NCBI GenBank assembly: GCA_965262355.1
Contig: OZ253534.1
Coordinates: 1,280,845 to 1,344,844 of the forward strand
From: Candidatus Multivorans sp.
Lineage (GTDB): Bacteria > Acidobacteriota > Thermoanaerobaculia > Multivoradales > Multivoraceae
Reading direction: 5' to 3'
Length of the DNA: 64,000 nucleotides
Below are positions 28,180 through 38,205 of this stretch, in pieces; position 1 is the first letter of the stretch, and each line of letters opens with the position of its first letter. The position numbers and the translations under genes were made by a program. A model generated the notes under the pieces. That model saw only the letters and a list, made by a program, of their open reading frames with translations, was not told where the DNA came from and searched no databases.

Positions 28180-31100
28180 CTAGACCGTGACCTTAGTTTC
28201 CGCATCACCAGCCGCCAAAGCGTTCATGTACGCCAGGATCAGGTTACTGCTCCGGTAACCATCAAACTCAGCTTCGTCGTGGCGCCGGACGATAGGGAAC
28301 GTTCCGAGAACGTACTCCGCGTCTTGTCGGGACAACCCGTAGAGCAGGAAGTACAACGCATTCAGCCTGGCACGCAAGTGTCGGCGGTCCTCTTCATCCC
28401 AGGAGAGCGGAGGCCGGTCGTAGCCGAGGTCACGCGCAATCGACTCCATGTCGTGCGCCGTATAGCTGAGGCGCAGGATGTGGTCGCGGACCAGGTCCAA
28501 GGCGGTCCTCTTCCCGAGTCGGCGCTCGTAACCCTCACGGCGAATGACCGGCAACTGCTCGACGATGAACCAGTTCAGGTGCTGGCCCTGGACCTTCTGC
28601 CGGGCCACGAAGTCGAACACGAAGGAGTTGAAGTTCGCTGCGAGCAGCCACAGCGCCTCGGCGTCGGCCGCAGTTGAGCCGGCGCCAGCCGGCAAAAGCA
28701 AAGGCAGTGTGTTACCCACGCCGGAGCGAGGTATGAGGGCAGCGATCATCGTGCGGACGTTCGTCGGCGCGGTGACATCCTTGAAGGCGAGCGCCCAATC
28801 GAGACTCTCAGGCCAATCTACGTCGTTCGACGAAACCCAGAACTGTGGATCAGGGGACCAGCCAGGGTCTTCATGTTCCGCCAACGTCGCCATTCGCGGC
28901 TGTGCCGGCCGGTTCAGGTTCTCCGGGTTGACCACGATGTTCGCCGCGCGGTGGTCGAATGCCTGCACCATCTTCCCCTCGTACAGCGGCAGCCACTCTT
29001 CCTCACCTCGCTTCCACCGATTCCCAGCGACCGGGTAGCAACCCGCTGACTCAAGCTCCGCAGCAGTCCGAAACAAAAGCGAACCGGCCACACACGCCGC
29101 TCCCCACCGCCGGATCGGTCCACCAGCACCGGATGGCGTTCGTAGATGCCCCGCGTGATCTCGGCGTCCCGGCGGGTGCGGAAGACGGGCGCGGTGCCCG
29201 TATTCGGATTGACCCGCGTAAAGTCGGTCGGACTTAGGGGGAAGCATCGTTCCGGGTCGCTCAGATCCCCCGAGCTGTCGAGAAAGAAGCCGCACGGGGT
29301 CTCCGAGAACGTCCGCTCGGCGCCTCCGAGGATCAAGGCGGAGAACTTGAAACTACGGTGGACGTCCGCGAAGAACGGCGGCAGCCCGGTACCCAGGCGC
29401 CGATTCTCGAAGTCGAAAAGGCCAGCCAACCGGCCACCGGTGGACATCGACTGGAAGAACGGCGCGGCCGTCATGTCGGCGTAGATGCCTGAAGGCACAA
29501 GCAGCCCCACCAGGCCGCCAGGCCTAAGCACGTTCAGCGCCCGCTCGACGAAGAGCGAGTACAGGTTGATGTCGCCCCTGCCAAGCAACGGATAGTCGCC
29601 TGAAGTGCGGAACAGCGTCAGGAGGCTGTCGGCGCGCTGCTTCGCCTCGTCGAACGCGGCGGCCAACGGCTCACCGCGGTCTCGGAGTTTCTTGATGCCA
29701 ATACGGCGCTGTGCCGCGGTGGGAGCGCGGGCAAGCTCTGGATCGCGGGTCGCGAACCACTCCACTTCCTGCAGTTTGATCCGGTCCCAGGGCGGATTGC
29801 CGATCACCGCGTCGAACCCGCCATCCGGGCTGCGCCGCTGCCAGTGTCGCCAGACCCCCGGGAAGGCCACCTCCCAATGCAGGAAGGTCTCCCGTTCGGC
29901 CAGCGCGCGGGCATCGCGCCATAGCTCGCCGAATCTCGAGAGGCCGGCGTCGTCCGAACTGGCCGAGGTCGCATCGATGGCTTCCGGACCCTCCGCGAGG
30001 AGTGAATACGCCCTGGCCGGATAGGCGCCAATCACTTCGAGCAGTCCACGCGTCTCGAACTCGTTGCGCTGCTTCTTCTTCATGCCCGCGGTCAACCAGC
30101 GAAGGCTGCACAGGAAGTCGAGCGCGCGGCGCAGCTCGGAGGTCGCCTGGTCAACGCCCTCGAAGAGCATCGCCGACTCCCGGACCTCCGCCACGTCGGC
30201 GTCGGACATCTCCTCGATCAGCTCCATCCCGGCAACCGCGTTCTCGGCGCCCTGGATAGCGCTGGAAGCGATCAGCCCACCGAGACGGCGAAGCTCATCC
30301 GTTCCATCGCCGACCCTGAGGCCGACAAGCGAATCGCCGCACCGCAGATGATGATCCAGGAACGACAGCGGCGCGCCGACGGTGAAGCTGTGCAGCCATA
30401 GCGACACCTTGGCCAGTTCCACCGTCAAGCGGTTCTTGTCCACGCCGTAGATACAGCGCTTGAGCACCATTCGCCGGATGATCGCCTGATCCGTGAGTTG
30501 CGCCTCGTCGATCACCCAGTCCGATTCGGCGGCGCGATGGAGGATGCCCTGCCGGATACGAGCGATCCGACCCACAAGGGGCGATTCGTACGGCTCGTCA
30601 AGCCACTCCGGCACCGCCGGCACGTACTCGATGAGTTCCGCCACATAGTCGGAAAGGAAGTCCACGGCCGTGACCAGGAAGTGGCCGCTTCCCATGGCGG
30701 GATCGAGCACCTTGAGATCCAACACGGCCTCCGCCGGGTCGATCTGCACCAGATCCGCTAGGCGGTCGTCCTTGGTCCGGCGGTCGCTCTTGAGCTCCTC
30801 GGCCTTCGCCTCGAACGCCAGCAGGCGCTCTTCCGCCAGCGGCTTGAGCGTCTGCTCGACGATCAGGTCGACCAGTTCCTGGCTCGTGTAGAAGCTGCCG
30901 CTGTCCTTCCGCGCGAAACGGTTGAGCTGGATCGAGACGTTGCCTGCCGGGTCTCGCACCGGCTCCCGCTCAAGGAGACGCTCGTAGATCGAACCCAACT
31001 GCTGGACCGACATATCGCGGTAGTTGACGAACCTGGCCCGACCATCGCCCCTGTGGCCGAAATGGCTGAGCCCGAAGACGACCGGGGCCGTCTCACTGTC

Positions 31101-32216
31101 TGCGAGACGAACCCTTGCCAGCAGTGGCGCCGCTTCCTCGGCGAACAGACCGCCGTTGTAGGGCGGCAAGCCGATCGACCGGTCACCGCCGTCGATCTGC
31201 CGGAAGAGCTCCATCAGACGGTTGTAGTAGTTGCCGGCCGTGCTCGAGAACGTGTCCCCTTCGGCCATCCGGCGGGCAATGTCGTCCCGCACTCGCCGCC
31301 TCAGACCGTAGTCGTCGTACCTGGGGTCGTTGACCGGCAAGAGACCCCGGTCCTCGGCGTAGAGAACGAACAGCAGCCGGTAGAGGAAGATCAGCGCGGC
31401 GTCGCGGATCTCGCGCAGATCGGCCGATGGGGCCCTCTCAGCAAGCGCGTTCAGAAGTCGGGGGAAAGCATCGTCGAAGACGGCCTGAGAGAGGTCCTCG
31501 GCGACCTTCTCCTCATAGCGCTTTCCCTCTGCGATCGCCGCGTCGATGAAGGTCGTCGTCGCTCCGTCCTGCAGCGTGAACGCCTGACGACCGAACAGGA
31601 GAAAGAACCTTCTCAGACCCTCCTCGTCCTCCGCCCTCAGCATTGAAGCCAGGTCCGCCTCGAAGTACGCGCTGGCTCGGGGGCGGGCGCGAAAGTCGTA
31701 GAGCCTCCAAATCTCTCCGTTGGTCAGGATGCCCCAACGAACTCGGCTATCGGAGACAGCCTCGGCGGTCGCCAGATAGCGGAGGATCTGCCCGTGCGGC
31801 GTGCCAAGAGACGACCGGTCCGTACGGTCACGAGCGTCGAGCGCCAGACCGAACCGCTTGCTCTCCTGCACCACCAGAGCGTCCCGGTAGCGATCGTCGG
31901 GAACCGGGCGCTCGGCAGCACGAGCTTTCGCCCCGGGGTTTTCGAACAGCAGGTGATCCGGGATGCCCTCACCCCTGGAAGCCGCTTGCTGAGGCAGGTA
32001 GTCCGTCCATCCCAACAACCTGAGGACCGGACGAACCACCTCCTCCTCGGTCACCGCCTCGTTCGGGTCCGTGAAGCGGCTGAACTCCGCCAAGCAGTTG
32101 GAGACACCGGCCCGGAACTCGGCAAAGGCCTCCGGGTGACGGACCGACTCCCGCCACTCGGCCGTGTCCCGAATGCCGTCGGTCAGGAAGTACTGGGTGA
32201 AGAGTTGGCCGGGCAA
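28180..32216 (-). pseudogene. type IIG restriction-modification enzyme (MmeI/Eco57I/PglX-like: N-terminal PD-(D/E)xK, gamma-class N6-adenine MTase), split by a frameshift
   Basis: WGILTNGEIWRLY and D...VVQESK nuclease motifs. MTase motif I VLDPAMGSGHFLV and motif IV GNPPW. The 1100-aa ORF (32216 to 28914) degenerates into an Arg-rich tail after ...IYERHPVLVDRSGG, while the real-looking C-terminus continues in another frame (ORF 29295..28180: LFRTAAELESAGCYPVAGNRW ...). The shift lies at ~29080-29110, by a C4/G4 run. Confidence 0.7.
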
Positions 32217-32574
32217 GGTCGTATCAATGGAGCATCGAAGGCGGGAAGCGACCGAAACGTCGCCGCGTAGGCGAGAACGAGAGCATGGAGTCTAGGGCTT
32301 TGCGCGCCAGAAGCAAGCTAGCCGCCGGGTCGGCCGGGACGCCCACCGGCTCAACCCGGACGCCTTCCCCGTCGTGAGTCCGCGGTTCACCGGTTCCGAT
32401 TGAGCGGAGCCCAGGAGGACGCCATCCGGGGATCTGCGTCGGCCTCAATCGCTTGTGTTTAGCAAGCATTCATGCTAGATTCCTTACCTTCGACGGAGGC
32501 CCCGAACGGCCGGTTTCGCGGCCTCCGACACCTGCCAATCGGACCGTCAGGTCCCAGCACTGGGTGGCAACCAA

Positions 32575-34014
32575 ATGATTGACAAACAAACCGGCATGAG
32601 CAGCAAGGAGCGCATGGGCGAGGAGATCGCCGCGCTCGCTGCGCGCATCGATGCGGCGACTTACGAACTGCTCGTCCTGATCCGCAAGTTCGATGAAGAG
32701 GAAGGCTGGAACCGCGGCTTTCTCACTTGCGCCCACTGGCTGACCTGGCGGATCGGGCTGGCGCCCGGCGCGGCCCGTGAGCGGGTGCGAGTCGCCCGAG
32801 CCCTAGGCGACCTGCCCTTGATGAGTAAGGCCATGAGACGCGGCGAGCTCTCCTACTCCAAGGTGAGAGCGCTCACCCGCATCGCCACGCCGGACACCGA
32901 GCAGTCGCTGGTTGACTTGGGCAGGGCCGGAACCGCCGCGCAAGTCGAGCAAGTGGTGAGAAGCTGGCGGCGGATCGACCGCACAATCGAGGCCCACGAC
33001 GACGAGCTGCGCGACGCATCCAGCCATGTGACGACCCACATCGACGAGAACGGCATGTTCGTGATCCGCGGTTGTCTGGCGCCGGAGGCGGGCGAGGTCC
33101 TGATGAAGGCACTCGATGCGGCGAGCGACAAGCTCTACGCAGAGCAGCAGGAAGACAAACCGCCAGTCGGAAAAGTGCGCGCCGACGCTCTTGCTCTGGT
33201 TGCCGAGAGCGCGCTCAAGGGCGGACTCGATCCGGGGTCCAGCGGCGACCGCTATCAGGTCGTGGTTCATGCGAACGGGGAAGAGCTGACGGCGCAGGAG
33301 AGCGCCACGGCTGACAACCGGACTCACGTTCCCGCGGGAACGTCTCGGGCACGCGTTCCCGCGGGAACGTCCCCGTTCCCAGGAGCTGTCAACGGCGCCT
33401 GGCTCGGGACCTCCCATGTCCCTGTTTCCGCGGAAACAGCCCGGAGGATCGCCTGCGACGCCGGCAGAGTCTCGATGACCCACCGGGACGGCCAGATCCT
33501 TAGCGTTGGCCGCAAGACCCGCACGATCCCGCCGCCGATCCGGCGGGCCCTGGAGTTCCGCGACCAGGGTTGCCGCTTCCCCGGCTGCACATCGGAGCAC
33601 TGCGACGCTCACCACATCGTCCACTGGGCCGACGGCGGCGAAACGAAGCTCTCCAACCTCGTGCTCCTCTGCCGCCGACACCACCGCCTGCTTCACGAAG
33701 GCGGCTTCAGCGTCAGGATGAACGAGGCACGCGCCGTTCAGTTCCTTGACAAACGTGATCGGCCGCTGGAGCGCAGCCCCGCGCCGCCACCTGTTGGCTG
33801 CCCGCGAGCTGATCCGCCACCTGGAGGACGCCGGCATTCTGGTCACCGGCAAGGAATCGATGCCCGCTTGGGACGGCACACCGATGGACCTGCCTTACGT
33901 CATGGAGTGCCTGTGGCGGCCGCCACCGCATCTCGAAGCAGCGGTCGCCCGGGAACGAAACACATCGCACGCCGCGTAGGGGCCAACGGCTCGGAACGGT
34001 GCTCGCTCCACTAG
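32575..34014 (+). CDS. DUF222 + HNH endonuclease (13E12-repeat-family type)
   Basis: N-terminal DUF222-like helical region. C-terminal HNH (CRFPGCTSEHCDAHHIVHWADGGETKLSNLVLLCRRHHRLLHEGG). The real stop is probably near 33.78 kb; the Arg-rich tail to 34014 looks like read-through. Confidence 0.8.
   Translation: MIDKQTGMSSKERMGEEIAALAARIDAATYELLVLIRKFDEEEGWNRGFLTCAHWLTWRIGLAPGAARERVRVARALGDLPLMSKAMRRGELSYSKVRALTRIATPDTEQSLVDLGRAGTAAQVEQVVRSWRRIDRTIEAHDDELRDASSHVTTHIDENGMFVIRGCLAPEAGEVLMKALDAASDKLYAEQQEDKPPVGKVRADALALVAESALKGGLDPGSSGDRYQVVVHANGEELTAQESATADNRTHVPAGTSRARVPAGTSPFPGAVNGAWLGTSHVPVSAETARRIACDAGRVSMTHRDGQILSVGRKTRTIPPPIRRALEFRDQGCRFPGCTSEHCDAHHIVHWADGGETKLSNLVLLCRRHHRLLHEGGFSVRMNEARAVQFLDKRDRPLERSPAPPPVGCPRADPPPGGRRHSGHRQGIDARLGRHTDGPALRHGVPVAAATASRSSGRPGTKHIARRVGANGSERCSLH
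33326..33379. repeat. two copies of an 18-bp perfect palindrome (A)CGTTCCCGCGGGAACG(T) 27 nt apart, plus a CGTTCCC half-site, inside the DUF222/HNH gene
   Basis: Read directly; encodes the repeated peptide HVPAGTSRARVPAGTS in the inter-domain linker. Confidence 0.6.
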
Positions 34015-34037
34015 CGGGATAGCGTGGCAGGAGCGAC

Positions 34038-34595
34038 ATGGACGAGACGGCGGCGCCCGCTCAGACGCGGTGGGAACAATGGGGAGTTCGGGTTCTCCGG
34101 TTCCCGCTGACCCGGATCGTCCTCTTTGTCGCTGGTATCGCCGCGGCCGTCGTGCTCCAGGGTCTGGCGGCCGCCGGGCTCAGCCTGTGGTTGGAAATCT
34201 CCTGGCTGCGCGTCGCGGTCGGAGTGGTCTTTCCCATCCTCGCCGTTCACTTCGCCTACCGTGGAATGACCCGTCTCCTGGAGCGACGGTCTGCCGCGGA
34301 ACTCTCCCTGAGCGGGGCACTGCGTGAAACCAGCGCGGGTGCTCTGGTCGGCGCCGCCTGCTTGACGTTGATCGTGGCGCTCATCGCGGCGCTTGGCTTC
34401 TACCAGGTGCAAGGAGCTCGGCAGCCTGGAGCCGCTCCTGTTGACCGCGTTCGCCATCGCCGCCGTGTCAAGGCTATCGCCGAGGAGGTCGCATCGTTTT
34501 CGCGGTGTGGTGTTCCGGATTCTCGAAGAGGGGCTCGGAACATGGCTGGCCCTCACCACGGCTGCGGCAGCGCTCTTACGGACTCGTACACCTGA
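34038..34595 (+). pseudogene. CPBP-family intramembrane protease (CAAX protease/Abi domain), copy 1, frame-disrupted
   Basis: The N-terminal TM region is intact. Downstream motifs (FRGVVFRILEEGLGTWLAL) fall in a different frame (ORF 34393..34878), and the FxxxH/HxxxN motifs are lost to indels. Confidence 0.5.
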
Positions 34596-34921
34596 GCGGA
34601 ATCCGAACGGCAGACCGTTTCCCGCACCGCCTTGGAAAACCGGCAGACCGGTTTCCCACAGCGCAGCGCTACTGCTACTGACTCAAGGGGACCGACGGAG
34701 CACAGACTCGCGTACACTCAACACGGCCGAGGTGGCTCACTTTCCAAACGGTGGCTCACTTTCCGAGCGTTGCCAACATTCTGGTCACCGGCAAGGAATC
34801 GAGCGCACACCGATGGACCTGTGTCATGGAGTGCCTGCCACCGCATCTCGGCGCCGAAACACATCGCACGCCGCGTAGGGGCCAACGGCTCGGAACGCTC
34901 CACTAGCGGGATAGCGTCGAC

Positions 34922-35769
34922 ATGGACGAGACGGCGGCGCCCGCTCAGACGCGGTGGGAACAATGGGGAGTTCGGGTTCTCCGGTTCCCGCTGACCCGGA
35001 TCGTCCTCTTTGTCGCTGGTATCGCCGCGGCCGTCGTGCTCCAGGGTCTGGCGGCCGCCGGGCTCAGCCTGTGGTTGGAAATCTCCTGGCTGCGCGTCGC
35101 GGTCGGAGTGGTCTTTCCCATCCTCGCCGTTCACTTCGCCTACCGTGGAATGACCCGTCTCCTGGAGCGACGGTCTGCCGCGAACTCTCCCTGAGCGGGG
35201 CACTGCGTGACCAGCGCGGGTGCTCTGGTCGCTTGACATGGCGCTCATCCGGCGCTTGGCTTCTACCAGGTCAAGGAGTCGGGCCTGGATGACCGCGTTC
35301 GATCGCCGCCGTGTCAGGCTATGCCGAGGAGGTGCTTTTTCGCGGTGTGGTGTTCCGGATTCTCGAAGAGGGGCTCGGAACATGGCTGGCCCTCACCATC
35401 TCGGCAGCGCTCTTTGGACTCGTACACCTGAGCAATCCGAACGCGACCCTCTACGGCGCCGCGGCGATCGGTATCGAAGCGGGCGTGCTGCTCGGCGCCG
35501 CCTACGTCCTGACCCGGCGACTATGGCTCGCGATCGGCATCCACTTCGGATGGAATTTCGTGGTGCGTATTCGGCGAATCTCTCCGGCATCCAGGTGCAA
35601 ACTTGAGTCCCCTGAGCGGACCCGACTTCCTCTCCGGCGGCGCTCTCGGGGTAGAGGGTTCCGTGTTCGCCATTGCCGTGTGCCTGCTGGTGAGCGTCGT
35701 CTTCCTGAGGCGGGCGCGGCTTCAGGGCCGGTTCATCCGGCCGTTCTGGCGGCGAGAAGCGACCCGTGA
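34922..35769 (+). pseudogene. CPBP-family intramembrane protease (CAAX protease/Abi domain), copy 2, frame-disrupted
   Basis: N-terminal 90 aa identical to copy 1. The catalytic half (EEVLFRG ... FGLVH ... HFGWN) is intact but in a different frame (ORF 35311..35769). Confidence 0.5.
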
Positions 35770-35947
35770 GTGCACCAGTCGGTGACAATGACCGGATTGG
35801 GAGCCAGCTACCGGTTCCATCTCTCTTCCGGCATTCGGGTCATCCTCGGTCTGGTGACGTTCCAGTTGGTGCTTCTGCTGGTTCTGGTGGCGCTTCAACC
35901 ACCCGCGGCGCGTGAGTCGTTCCCCCGGGGACCGGATGTCACCCCGA

Positions 35948-36640
35948 TCAAGCGGGAAGCGAACCCGAGAAGACGCGGGGTTCGAAGTCCGCCTCGTTGA
36001 CGATGCTGGCGCTGCTGCCGGTGGCACGGATGACGAACAGCCCTTGCCGCTCCGCGTACCTCGTTACCGAGCTGTCGCTCTGGAGATACGCCACCGCGCC
36101 GTAGATCCGATGTTCCCGGTACGCCGGGAACCACTCCGCGAACCGCGACAGCTTCTCCACGAAGCGGGTGACGTCTCGGGGCCTGAGTGTCGTCTTGACC
36201 TCGACGACGACAACTTCCGTGCCGTTCAAAGCGAGGATGTCGATCTCGAAGTGCTGTCCGTTCCGCCTCCCTTCGAATCTCTGCAAAGTCCCTTCCACCG
36301 CGATACCCCGCTCCTTCAGCAGGGGTACGAGGTCGCCCTCGACCAAGCTCTCCATCAACTTGCCCCACTGGGACGTGAACAGGCCTTCCGCCTTCTTGAG
36401 CCGCCGGTCCGTCTCCTGCATCTGGCGGTCGGTCTCCCTGAACCGCCGGTCAGCCTCCCTCGCCTGTTCCTTCAGCAGCCGGTCGGTCTCCTTCATGCCC
36501 TCTCTGACCTCGACCATCCTGGCATCGCTCTCCGCCATCAGGTCGGAAGTGTGCCGCAGAATCGCCCAGATCTCCTCCGGCGTACCGCGAGCGCCGCGGC
36601 TCTCTTCAGGTGCATTCCTCGTCGTCATCGTCTCCTCCAC
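35948..36640 (-). CDS. DUF3782-like protein: N-terminal coiled coil plus C-terminal PD-(D/E)xK nuclease-fold domain
   Basis: RETDRQMQETDRRLKK coiled coil. FEIDILALNGTEVVVVEVKTTL fits a D ... E-V-K restriction-endonuclease-like core. Confidence 0.55.
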   Translation of the reverse strand: MEETMTTRNAPEESRGARGTPEEIWAILRHTSDLMAESDARMVEVREGMKETDRLLKEQAREADRRFRETDRQMQETDRRLKKAEGLFTSQWGKLMESLVEGDLVPLLKERGIAVEGTLQRFEGRRNGQHFEIDILALNGTEVVVVEVKTTLRPRDVTRFVEKLSRFAEWFPAYREHRIYGAVAYLQSDSSVTRYAERQGLFVIRATGSSASIVNEADFEPRVFSGSLPA

Positions 36641-36789
36641 CGCAATCGGCGCCGCGAGAGGGTCCGCTCATGCTGGCAAGGTCGGGACCGCCCGTCGGCC
36701 GCTTACGCGCCGAACCGGGCGACGACGATGGTAACCCGGAACGCGGGGCGCACGAGTGTCGCCGGCGCCTTCCCTCCCGCCTTCTCCTC

Positions 36790-37947
36790 CTAGGTCTCCA
36801 CGCCCTCGTTCAAGATCCGCAGATACTCGCTGTAGACGTACACCCGGTTCCGGCTGAAGCCGGTGAGTTCGCGGACCGTACCTGCCTCCTCCAGGAGCTT
36901 CATCGCGGCGGAGGCGGTCGGGAACGAGAGGCCGGTGCGGTCGCACGTTGCCGGAATGGAGAGCAGCGGCCGCTGCCGTAGGGCTTCGTGGACCCGCAGT
37001 GCCGAACCGGCTCGCCGACCGGTGTTGGCCAGGCGTTCGCGGTCAGCGGTGAACCGTTCGGTGAGGCGCTGTGCCGTTCTCGCGGCATCTTCGGCGGTCT
37101 CCTGAACGCCTTGGAGGAAGAAGGCGAGCCAAGCCTCCCAATCACCGTCACGGCGCACGCGGTCGAGCAACTCGTAGTACTGGTCGCGGTGGCGCTTGAA
37201 GTAGACGCTGAGGTAGAGGAGCGGCTGGCTCAGCATCCCGGCTTCACACAACAGCAGGGTGATGAGCAGCCGGCCTACGCGGCCGTTGCCGTCGAGGAAG
37301 GGGTGGATCGTCTCGAACTGGACATGTGCGAGACCGGCTCGAACCAGGGTCGGCAACCAGTCGTCTTCAGCGTGCAGGAAGCGCTCGAGTTCAGCCATGC
37401 AGTCGGGCACGGCGAGGTGCGGCGGCGGCACGAAGACAGCGTTGCCCGGGCGGGTGCCGCCGATCCAGTTCTGGGAACGCCGAAACTGACCCGGTTCCTT
37501 GCTTACGCCGCGACCGGCAGACAGCAGGATGCCGTGCAGCTCGCGGATCAACCGGTTCGAGAGCGGAAAGTCCTCGCCGAGTCGCTTCAGGCCGTGTTCC
37601 AGGGCGTCGACACAGCGCGAAACTTCCGCCGCATCGGCGATCGGCACTCCCGGCGCCTGGTCGAGTTCGAACAGCAGGAGATCGGAGAGCGACGACTGAG
37701 TGCCCTCAATCTGGGAGGACAACACCGCCTCCTTGCGGACGTAGGAGTAGACGAAGAGCGTCGGCTCCAGGAGTTGATTCGCTCCCTCCAGCCGCCCAAG
37801 GGCGAGACTGGCGGCTTCCAGGGATCGCAGCAGGGGGCCTTCGAGGTTCAGCGGGGGTTGCGGCGGCAGGGGCGCTGGAATGAAGGCGCGCACCTGCTCG
37901 CCTCCTTCGGCGGTAACTTCATGGCGACCCGGCATTGGACGTTTCAT
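36790..37947 (-). CDS. Fic-family protein (Fic/DOC AMPylase fold) with C-terminal winged-helix
   Basis: Canonical Fic motif HPFLDGNGRVGR. Confidence 0.85.
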   Translation of the reverse strand: MKRPMPGRHEVTAEGGEQVRAFIPAPLPPQPPLNLEGPLLRSLEAASLALGRLEGANQLLEPTLFVYSYVRKEAVLSSQIEGTQSSLSDLLLFELDQAPGVPIADAAEVSRCVDALEHGLKRLGEDFPLSNRLIRELHGILLSAGRGVSKEPGQFRRSQNWIGGTRPGNAVFVPPPHLAVPDCMAELERFLHAEDDWLPTLVRAGLAHVQFETIHPFLDGNGRVGRLLITLLLCEAGMLSQPLLYLSVYFKRHRDQYYELLDRVRRDGDWEAWLAFFLQGVQETAEDAARTAQRLTERFTADRERLANTGRRAGSALRVHEALRQRPLLSIPATCDRTGLSFPTASAAMKLLEEAGTVRELTGFSRNRVYVYSEYLRILNEGVET

Positions 37948-37993
37948 CGAGGGGTCCGCCTCCTGACCTCAGTTCAGTTAAACAACTCTGCAT

Positions 37994-38005
37994 TGGTCGA
38001 CCAAC
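37994..38005. promoter_or_regulatory. perfect 12-bp palindrome TTGGTCGACCAA in the divergent Fic/imuA intergenic region (candidate operator)
   Basis: Read directly. The region is AT-richer than its surroundings. No canonical LexA box was recognised. Confidence 0.25.
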
Positions 38006-38205
38006 TATGAAAAGTTGCGGCGTAAGTTTTATCACAGGACCGCCAACCGCTTCCTTGTGCAGGAACTCTGAATAAGGGATCAGCCAGCCATCGGACCCGC
38101 TTGACCGCGATGACGACGCAGGCAGCAGTATCCGTTTACGCCCTAGTTGCGCTATGATGCTCTCTTCCCACTTTCCCGTTTCTCGCGTTCCGCGTCCTCG
38201 ACGCC

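Larger units (their letters stand above)
33836..35770. repeat. imperfect tandem duplication (~0.9-kb unit, 2 copies) carrying the 3' flank of the HNH gene plus a CPBP-protease gene; copies differ by many 1-60-nt indels
   Basis: 33836-34054 matches 34779-34938 with gaps. The MDETAAPAQTRWEQWGV... ORF start recurs at 34038 and 34922 with identical 5' ~270 nt. Confidence 0.65.

Noticed and set aside
28914-29295. Apparent 382-nt overlap between a 1100-aa and a 371-aa minus-strand gene
   Set aside because: Interpreted as one type IIG RM gene with a frameshift, not two overlapping genes. The distal part of the long ORF and the proximal part of the short ORF are both Arg-rich junk.
33780-34014. C-terminal ~80 aa of the DUF222/HNH ORF, mirrored at the end of ORF 34393..34878
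   Set aside because: The Arg/Gly-rich tail after the HNH domain looks like read-through into the duplicated non-coding flank. The true stop is probably earlier.
35770-36000. 76-aa ORF with one hydrophobic helix downstream of CPBP copy 2
   Set aside because: It overlaps the 3' end of the DUF3782 gene on the other strand and has no support beyond hydrophobicity.
37948-38205. Search for a LexA box upstream of imuA (GTTC-N7-GTTC, CGAAC-N4-GTTCG, CTGT-N8-ACAG, TGTTC-N4-GAACA, Geobacter-type)
   Set aside because: None of the canonical motifs is present. Only the palindrome TTGGTCGACCAA was seen, and it is reported separately as speculative.
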